Source: Thermofilaceae archaeon (GTDB taxonomy: Archaea > Thermoproteota > Thermoprotei > Thermofilales > Thermofilaceae). Taken from it: 64,000 bases of DNA. The DNA lies in NCBI GenBank assembly GCA_038861545.1, contig JAWCCZ010000003.1, forward strand, positions 128,001-192,000. The letters are read 5' to 3'. The stretch's first letter is position 1. Every line of letters starts with the position of its first letter. A program made the position numbers and the translations under genes. A model generated the notes under the pieces. It made no database searches. It saw nothing but the letters and a program-made list of their open reading frames with translations, and was not told the origin of the DNA. Below, piece by piece: positions 57,279 through 64,000 of the stretch.

Positions 57279-58907
57279 TTATCCCTTTACTCTCACGTGT
57301 TGGAAGAAAACCACGTATATATATAACGGGTTCAACGCTCTCTCGGGTACTTCGACTCTAGAGCTGACAACGAAAGGCCTTACTTCTTCCCATAAACTTA
57401 TTCCTGCCCCTTCCTCGTAGATAATTCTTTGTGCAACTTTGTATAATTGCATCGCTTCCCCGTAATCACTACCCTCCATCTCGTAAGCTGCATCAACTAG
57501 CTCGTCAAATTCTGGGTTGCTGTAGCCAGCCCAATTCCACTCCGTTGACTCGCTATAGAAAAGGCCATAAAGGTAATCGTAGGGCGACGGAAGCGTGGGC
57601 CACCAATCATTGATTATCAGGTGGGGAGCGTTATCGGGATTGCTCCAAACCTCCTTGCCAGCTTCCTTTACAGCTGTCCAAGCCATCGGTTTCAACTCTA
57701 CAGTGATTCCCAGGTCGGCGAGCCTAGATTTCAGGAGCTGGGCGAACGCCGCGTTTTCCTCGTAATCGGCTTGGTAAACAAACTCAACTGTGACGGGGAT
57801 TTTTACTCCACTTTCTTTCAAGTATTCACTAGCGAGATCCAAATCGTAAGTGTATTTCAGGTTTCCATCGTAGCCCGGGAAATTGTAAGGTAACACTCCA
57901 GCTCCTAACCTCCCGAAGCCTTGAAGCACTACGTCTATCAACTCGCTCCAGGGTATAGCGTGCATCACAGCCAGCCGGAACGCAGCCACGTTAGTCGGAT
58001 ATCGTCTACAGTTAAACTGAAGAATATAGTTATGGAAAACACTCACGTTGAGTATCTGGAAACCTCTGGCTTTAAGGTCACCTAAATTTGCTCTCGGGAC
58101 ACTAGAGGCTATATCTATCTCGCCCGCAAGCAACCCATTGTATTGATCAAGTGGGTCCGTTCTAATTCGTATAATAACGACGTCTGGCGCCTCTGGGTTA
58201 TTTACCATGTTCCATCCCCACCATTTTTCAAATTTTCTTAGCCGCACTTCCGATTCTGGACTATAAGACTCGATCATATAGGGACCACTTCCCGCATCAT
58301 TACCAGCGTTAAACCATCTCTCCAAATTCGGGTCCAAGGGATTCTCTACTCCAGCTTTCTCCAGCGCCGATGGGCTGAAGATGTAGCCGGCATAAATAGC
58401 TGAGGCTAGCATGTCAACGCGTTGCGGATAGGCCAGCTTAATCTTAACCGAGTAATCATCTATAACTTCGACTTCATCTACAGCGTCCCAGATATAGCCA
58501 GCACCTCTGCCGAACTCTCTGTAGACATCTCTAGCCCTCTCAATGGATAATTTCACCGCCTTTGCATTAAAGGGGGTGCCATCATGGAATACAACATCTT
58601 GTCGCAGCCTAAATATCCACACTGTACCGTCTTCACTGCTTTCCCAGCTTTCAGCGAGCGCCGGTATATGCTCTCCTTTAACCGGGTCGTAGTAGAGAAG
58701 AGGTTCATATACTGAGCCCAGGACAACGATTCCCGTATCATCCTCGATCGAGGGATCAACGCCGGTTACCACATCTAAGTACGAGTAAACGACCACTTTT
58801 GGAGTTGGGACACGTTGTATGGGTTGCAGGTACCAAACGTACAGTAAAAGTAAAACAGAGACTACAACGATGACGCCAATTATACCCCATAAGGGCCCTT
58901 TTTTCAT
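57279..58907 (-). CDS. Peptide ABC transporter substrate-binding protein (family 5)
   Basis: N-terminal TM anchor; VYEPL..P.LAESW..DG.VW.F.LR..V.FHDG..FNA; GSGPY. Confidence 0.94.
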   Translation of the reverse strand: MKKGPLWGIIGVIVVVSVLLLLYVWYLQPIQRVPTPKVVVYSYLDVVTGVDPSIEDDTGIVVLGSVYEPLLYYDPVKGEHIPALAESWESSEDGTVWIFRLRQDVVFHDGTPFNAKAVKLSIERARDVYREFGRGAGYIWDAVDEVEVIDDYSVKIKLAYPQRVDMLASAIYAGYIFSPSALEKAGVENPLDPNLERWFNAGNDAGSGPYMIESYSPESEVRLRKFEKWWGWNMVNNPEAPDVVIIRIRTDPLDQYNGLLAGEIDIASSVPRANLGDLKARGFQILNVSVFHNYILQFNCRRYPTNVAAFRLAVMHAIPWSELIDVVLQGFGRLGAGVLPYNFPGYDGNLKYTYDLDLASEYLKESGVKIPVTVEFVYQADYEENAAFAQLLKSRLADLGITVELKPMAWTAVKEAGKEVWSNPDNAPHLIINDWWPTLPSPYDYLYGLFYSESTEWNWAGYSNPEFDELVDAAYEMEGSDYGEAMQLYKVAQRIIYEEGAGISLWEEVRPFVVSSRVEVPERALNPLYIYVVFFQHVRVKG

Positions 58908-58962
58908 CCCAGCGGGTTCGCTTAACCTACTTTTTAAACCTGTCCCTTAAGACAGTAATTAG

Positions 58963-59904
58963 GTGGACAGCGTGCAGGTGCTCGTAACCGGTGGTGCGGG
59001 CTTCATTGGGAGCCACTTAGTAAGGAGGTTAACAGCTGAGGGTTTTCAAGTGACTGTATTAGATAACCTTTCCTCGGGTAACTTAGGCAACTTAAGCTGT
59101 TTTTCAGAGAAAGTGAACTTCGTGGAAGGCGATGTAAGGAACCCCGATGTAGTCGAAGAATCTGCTAATGGCGCGGAAGCTATAGTACACCTAGCCGCGC
59201 TCATAGATGTAGCCGAGTCTATCAAGAAACCCCGCCTCTACGTAGATGTAAACGTTTCGGGAACCCTAAACGTCCTCGAAGCCGCTAAGAAAGCGGAGGT
59301 CTTTGTCTTTGCATCCAGTGCCGCTGTCTATGGAGAACCCCTTTCACTACCGATAGAAGAGCTACACCCGCTTGCCCCGCTTTCGCCATACGGCGCAACT
59401 AAGGTAGCCGGAGAAGCATTGGTGCAAGCATACGCCCGTATACGCGGGTTCCGCCCTGTGATACTAAGGATCTTTAACGTTTACGGACCGAAGCAGAGCA
59501 AAGCGTATGCAGATGTCGTGCTCGAGTTTACGAAAAGAGTTTTAAAGGATGAACCTCCGATAATTTACGGGGACGGTGAGCAAACCAGGGATTTCATATA
59601 CGTTGACGACGTAGTGGAGTGCCTCGTAGCGGCGATCAAGAATCGGCATGCATGCGGCGTGTATAACGTAGGTAGCGGGAAAGCTGTAAGTATAGGAGAG
59701 CTGGCGAGAACGGTTGCGGAGGTACTTGGAAAACCGAATCTAAAACCGGTATACGCCCCCGCTAGGCCCGGAGACGTTAAACACTCAGTAGCTTCAATTA
59801 GCAGGTTAAGGGAATGCTTAGGATACACACCTAGGTTTTCGCTTGAGCAGGGCCTTAGAAAGCTTTCCGAATATCTGCTTGAACTAGCTGGTAAAGGTTT
59901 ATAG
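58963..59904 (+). CDS. NAD-dependent sugar epimerase/dehydratase (GalE-like)
   Basis: VTGGAGFIGSH, SSAAVYG, YGATK, FNVYGP, GDGEQTRDF. Confidence 0.93.
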   Translation: MDSVQVLVTGGAGFIGSHLVRRLTAEGFQVTVLDNLSSGNLGNLSCFSEKVNFVEGDVRNPDVVEESANGAEAIVHLAALIDVAESIKKPRLYVDVNVSGTLNVLEAAKKAEVFVFASSAAVYGEPLSLPIEELHPLAPLSPYGATKVAGEALVQAYARIRGFRPVILRIFNVYGPKQSKAYADVVLEFTKRVLKDEPPIIYGDGEQTRDFIYVDDVVECLVAAIKNRHACGVYNVGSGKAVSIGELARTVAEVLGKPNLKPVYAPARPGDVKHSVASISRLRECLGYTPRFSLEQGLRKLSEYLLELAGKGL

Positions 59905-60810
59905 ATGTCTAATTCAAGGCGAACAGGGGATCGCTTGAAGGCGGTAATCCTAGCGGCGGGCTTGGGCTCTCGCCTTATACCCTATAGCAAGGAGATGCCG
60001 AAGGAGATGCTCCCGATACTTATAGTTGAAGACGATAAACCGGTGCTGAAGCCAATACTTCAAGCAGTCTTCGAGCAACTTTACGAAGCCGGTGTCCGCG
60101 ATTTCTGTTTCGTGGTGGGAAGGGGTAAGAGAGCGGTCGAAGACCATTTTACACCAGACTGGGATTACGTGGAGTTCCTAAGAGGAAAAGGTAAGCTAGT
60201 GGAAGCCGAGCTACTCGAGAAGTTTTATAGGAGAATCGAGAGCTCGAACATCATATGGGTGAACCAGCCAATTCCCAGGGGAACCGGCGACGCCGTTATG
60301 CAGGCAAGACACTTCGCCGGGAACGGTTACTTTTTTGTTGCAGCTGGCGATAACCTTTTCTTAGGCGATAACGTAGCGCAAAAACTGTTGGAACTGCACG
60401 GGAAGTTTAATTCAGCTGTAATGGCCGCTAAGCGAGTTCCTGATGCGAGGAAGTATGGTGTCATTGTAGGCCGCAGCCTGTCAGAGCGCGTGCTGAAGCT
60501 CGAAGCAATAATTGAGAAACCCGATAAACCGCCTACGAATCTCGCGAACACGTCGCTTTACCTGCTGCCACCAGAGATCTTCGATTCACTGAAGGAGTGC
60601 GAGCTCAGTCCGCGCGGCGAGCTTGAGATAACAGATGCTATTCAAAAGCTAGTCCAGCGTGGGATTGACATTTATGCTTACGATGTCGGAGACACTTATT
60701 GGGTGGACGTAGGAACTCCAGAAACTTACCTCGATGCCCTTCTCTTGTCGTTGAAAGTGAGTGGAAATCAGAAAGTAGTAGGACGGGCAGTTGAAGTGTT
60801 GAAGCTTTAA
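59905..60810 (+). CDS. UTP--glucose-1-phosphate uridylyltransferase (GalU-like)
   Basis: AVILAAGLGSRL.P.SK..PKEMLPI, GRGK.A.EDHF, Q..P.G.GDAV, EKP, GELEITDAI. Confidence 0.88.
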   Translation: MSNSRRTGDRLKAVILAAGLGSRLIPYSKEMPKEMLPILIVEDDKPVLKPILQAVFEQLYEAGVRDFCFVVGRGKRAVEDHFTPDWDYVEFLRGKGKLVEAELLEKFYRRIESSNIIWVNQPIPRGTGDAVMQARHFAGNGYFFVAAGDNLFLGDNVAQKLLELHGKFNSAVMAAKRVPDARKYGVIVGRSLSERVLKLEAIIEKPDKPPTNLANTSLYLLPPEIFDSLKECELSPRGELEITDAIQKLVQRGIDIYAYDVGDTYWVDVGTPETYLDALLLSLKVSGNQKVVGRAVEVLKL

Positions 60811-61721
60811 GGTGGCATAAAGGCTGGGCTTGAATCAGTAGGTATTTCCTTCACTGCGTTTAAAGTCTCCCTAACCTTACGCGGCAACTGGAACAGGAAC
60901 CTATGTGTATACCCGTCATAGAATTGGAGCTCTCCTCGCAGCAATCTCAGCCTAACGCTAATATCCTCCGAGTTAAACGAGAGTGGGTCTCTCTCTAAGC
61001 TACCTAGGACGAACCCCCAGAAGCTGAGAAAGCTTATCATTGGAGCAGTGTAGGGTTTAACTATTGGGAACGTAGCAGCTACGGCGTTTCGAATTTTCGC
61101 GAAAGTTTCAAGGGAAAAGCGGAGTGAGGTAGCTTGCGTCACCATCACACCGTTGTTGCTTAACCTGCGCTTAACCAGCTCGTAGAACTCCTTAGTATAC
61201 AAGAAAACTGAAGGAGTTCCTGGTATCGGATCTGTAAGGTCTAGAATAACAACATCGAACATCTCGTCGCTTTCTTCAATGAACTTTCTTCCATCGCCGA
61301 TAACGAGCTCGAAGCGAGGGTCCTCAAATGCACCTTGGCTCCACTCAGGCATGTAACTCTTACACAACTCTACAAGCTCTCTGTCGATATCAACCATGAC
61401 TACTTGCTCCACGCTCGGGTATCGCAGAACCTCCCTAGCGGTAGCCCCTTCCCCACCCCCAATTATTAACACTTTTCTCGGGTTGGGATGTGTCACCATA
61501 GCCGGGTGGACTAGTGATTCGTGGTATACCCATTCGTCATATTCGCTGCTTTGCAGCTTCCCGTCAAGGAACAGACATTTACCGAACGAGTAACTGTCTA
61601 CTATATCCACTTGCTGGAACTTAGTCTTCCCAGTGTAAATAGTCCTTTTAACTCCATGCAAATGCCCCTCATAGGGCATTTGCATCCATTCAATCACATA
61701 CCTCCAAGAAACTTCAACCAT
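60807..61721 (-). CDS. speE: Polyamine aminopropyltransferase (spermidine synthase)
   Basis: LDG..QS...DE..YHE.LVHP, IIGGGEG, VDID, DG..F, DLTDP. Confidence 0.95.
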   Translation of the reverse strand: MVEVSWRYVIEWMQMPYEGHLHGVKRTIYTGKTKFQQVDIVDSYSFGKCLFLDGKLQSSEYDEWVYHESLVHPAMVTHPNPRKVLIIGGGEGATAREVLRYPSVEQVVMVDIDRELVELCKSYMPEWSQGAFEDPRFELVIGDGRKFIEESDEMFDVVILDLTDPIPGTPSVFLYTKEFYELVKRRLSNNGVMVTQATSLRFSLETFAKIRNAVAATFPIVKPYTAPMISFLSFWGFVLGSLERDPLSFNSEDISVRLRLLRGELQFYDGYTHRFLFQLPRKVRETLNAVKEIPTDSSPAFMPP

Positions 61722-61755
61722 AAGAGTTATCCCATGGAGCCAGTAAAAAGTTTTG

Positions 61756-62157
61756 TTAATACTTGAAGAGCGGCGGCAGTAGCCTAGATTTTCTCCAAGC
61801 CTCTTCGACTTCCTCCAGCCTAGGTTGCTCGACCCCTAACTCCGATGCTCTCCTAGCAACCACGGTCAGCACGTAATCCAGTGGCCTGAGTGCAAGCTCC
61901 AAGGGCGTATGGATACCAGCTTCTATTAACAGCTCCGCTAGCTCAAGGCTAGCGACGCGACACATATCTGCAATTCTCACCAACTTTAGGAGCTCTCCCT
62001 CGCTAACTCCAACACTGCGAGCCAATGTTCTTCTATCTTGAGCAGTTACTGTTAACTCCACTAACTCCCACAAGCTATGTAGCCCGTAAGCTCTTAATGC
62101 TTTTACTATGCGTTGATCAGCGAACTTTAGCCGGTCTATGCCGACTGGATCACTCAC
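61756..62157 (-). CDS. DUF4332-like helix-hairpin-helix protein
   Basis: L...G......L......R..LA...GV....L......AD..RV....AELL.EAGI.T..EL. Confidence 0.65.
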   Translation of the reverse strand: MSDPVGIDRLKFADQRIVKALRAYGLHSLWELVELTVTAQDRRTLARSVGVSEGELLKLVRIADMCRVASLELAELLIEAGIHTPLELALRPLDYVLTVVARRASELGVEQPRLEEVEEAWRKSRLLPPLFKY

Positions 62158-62250
62158 AGTTTTCCAACAAATGACGGTTTAAACTTGCTACTCCCTGAAA
62201 CCGTTGAGGAAAGCAAGAAGTTTATGAACTGGCTACATGCATAAAGTATA

Positions 62251-62860
62251 GTGTCGCTCAAAGAGGAGTTCCTAAGGCTTTTAAAAGAAAACGAGGAGTT
62301 CAGGCTAGCAGTGGCAGTGTACCTAGACATCAAAGACTTAACACCGGTCCTCGATAGACTAGTACGGGCAGGCCACTCTCTCAGAAAGTCTATCGCTGCG
62401 CAAAGCGGGCAGCTGAAAAGCCAAACAGAGAGCATAAACTTATTCTAAAGCGCTGTAAAGTACCAAGGAGAAAAAGTTGAAACGCTTTAAAAAGCTCTGA
62501 GAACCCATGGTGAAAAACTCGACTCGCCTGAAAGCGCCGTAAAAGGGCTTGTGAAGGCTGTAAAGGTGTTAAGGGAGGCGAGTGCAAAACATGAGGAGCG
62601 GCTTACTAGGATCGAGGGAGATGTCCGCTCGATTAAGTCTAACCTTGACAAATACTTGATAAGCCTTGAAGAAGAGGCGAACGAGGTTATTGGTATCTCC
62701 TCAAGCAGAGAGGTTACCAATTATCCACGGATCCTGCAAGCTTTGACGCCAAGTATGAGTTAGATATCTGCGGAACAGACTGATACTTGACGGTTATCGG
62801 AGAGGCGAAGGTGAGAGCTGGTACGAGAACGATTAAATGGGTCTTTGAGAGAGCGGACAT
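62251..62860 (+). pseudogene. Decayed coiled-coil + PD-(D/E)XK protein gene (paREP/DUF3782-like multicopy family)
   Basis: N-terminus SLKEEFLRLLKENEEFRLAVA, coiled-coil piece (62551-62690), frameshift near 62692, then YELDICGTD*YLTVIGEAKVR with an in-frame TGA at 62781-62783. Confidence 0.75.
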
Positions 62861-62901
62861 TGGGGGAAAGTATTTGTATCCCTCTCCAGCAAGCACTTCC
62901 A

Positions 62902-63198
62902 ATGACGCGGGATCAGGCTATCGGAGCCGGTTTAATGGTCGGATCAATCGCCGGCATCGCCCTCTACGGTTGGCTGCTTACGACCCCGTACAGCTCCTTA
63001 GTCATTCATTTAACTGCCTTCATCGCCGTAGCGGGAGTCCTAGGCATCCTCGCGTGGATCGGCTACACACTAGCTACAACCCCACCTCCTAAACCAATCG
63101 AAGAAATCGAAAAGGAAATCGAAGAAGAGCTCAAAAAACTCGAGGAAGAAGCAAAGAAAGAGGGGGAAAGCAAGGAAGCTGCGGCGAGCACGGGATAG
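62902..63198 (+). CDS. Conserved small two-TM membrane protein with acidic coiled-coil tail
   Basis: MTRDQAIG...YGWLL...GILAWIGYTLATTPPPKPIEEIEKEIEEE; ATG at 62902. Confidence 0.85.
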   Translation: MTRDQAIGAGLMVGSIAGIALYGWLLTTPYSSLVIHLTAFIAVAGVLGILAWIGYTLATTPPPKPIEEIEKEIEEELKKLEEEAKKEGESKEAAASTG

Positions 63199-63208
63199 CG
63201 GGGGGAAC

Positions 63209-64000
63209 GTGGGTATACGCATCATTTTTCTCTTAACCTTATTCGTATTTTCAACTCTATTGTTAGTATCAATCGCAACAGCGCAAGCGTGGCTTACAGT
63301 AACCACTGAATTTGAAACCTACGAGCAGGGCGACGTAGTGGAAATCACCCTTCAAGGCCCCATTGGAGCAGAAGTCATGCTGGAGGTCAGGGATCCGCTA
63401 GGCGAATTAATAGATAGCAAGTACGTAGTGATATGGCCGGAAAGAACCGTTAATGTGAACTTACCGCTCAGCGAAGAGTGCACTGAAGGTGTTTACACAG
63501 TCACTGCCAGCTTCCTAACGTACACCGTTCAAACAAGGTTCACTGTTCTGCGGAAACCATCTCCCATTCTCGTCCTAGCGCCCCCCGGCAGCGCTCAAAC
63601 CGGTGAAGAGGTGACAGTAATCGGTTTTGTATACCCAGGGTTAAGCTTACCACTCGAAGCTTATATTAAGCTCCCCGGCGGCGAGTGGATCCATTTCGGA
63701 GAGATACAATCTAACGCTAGCGGTTGGCTGACGTTCTCGGTGAAGCCGGACGCGGAGGGTATCTATGAAGTTAAAGTCAGATACAGGGGCTCGCCCGAGC
63801 TCGCGCCCGTCATGACCATAGCTAACTTCACTGTTATGGTTTCCAAACCACCTGGATGCCGGGTGGAACCATTAGGCACCAAGCAGCTCAACGAAACCGC
63901 AAAGCTAGCCTGCAGGGAGTGCGAGGCAATAATTGCTAGAACTATACGCGGGGATCGACTGTACAAGCCGGGGGAAACGGTAAAGCTAGATACCCCCGGT
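63209..64000 (+). CDS. Secreted Ig-like beta-sandwich protein (3' truncated; absent from the ORF track)
   Basis: GTG at 63209 after a ggggg SD-like sequence. Signal peptide MGIRIIFLLTLFVFSTLLLVSIATAQA, then YEQGD.V.I..V.DP.G..G.YTV.A; frame is open to the window end. Confidence 0.8.
   Translation, partial: MGIRIIFLLTLFVFSTLLLVSIATAQAWLTVTTEFETYEQGDVVEITLQGPIGAEVMLEVRDPLGELIDSKYVVIWPERTVNVNLPLSEECTEGVYTVTASFLTYTVQTRFTVLRKPSPILVLAPPGSAQTGEEVTVIGFVYPGLSLPLEAYIKLPGGEWIHFGEIQSNASGWLTFSVKPDAEGIYEVKVRYRGSPELAPVMTIANFTVMVSKPPGCRVEPLGTKQLNETAKLACRECEAIIARTIRGDRLYKPGETVKLDTPG

Noticed and set aside
53575-64000. Impression of higher GC content at the right end, suggesting horizontal transfer
   Set aside because: It could not be quantified by eye, and no integrase, att site or transposase supports an island.

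Overview
Core-genome window of a Thermoproteota (crenarchaeal) archaeon. Unsplit rpoB, split rpoA1/rpoA2 and gene content suggest Thermoproteales, possibly Thermofilaceae; this taxonomy is inference. The left half is informational genes: the AglB C-terminus, the tfs-pcn-priL-priS-gins51-rpl44e-rps27e-aIF2alpha-nop10 cluster, aIF2beta, ppsA, the RNA polymerase operon, shuffled ribosomal protein operons, cbf5 and an intron-containing tRNA-Ser(GGA). The right half holds enolase, sugar-nucleotide enzymes, ppa, cdc48, fen1, serS, fni, rps2, a membrane-anchored gluzincin, a peptide ABC transporter, speE and a decayed coiled-coil/PD-(D/E)XK pseudogene. The most notable observations are: (1) a three-domain thymidylate synthase (MtrA-like + ThyA + DUF4346); (2) a box C/D guide sRNA at 7167-7220 (minus strand), invisible to the ORF track; (3) a GlgC-like nucleotidyltransferase coupled to a phosphomutase with degenerate catalytic motifs; (4) an 81-bp perfect repeat shared by the two AAA modules of cdc48; (5) an 11-nt tRNA intron; (6) a small DPM2-like membrane protein; (7) an orphan biotin carboxylase. 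No CRISPR array or intact mobile element was seen. All assignments come from motif recognition by eye, with no database searches.
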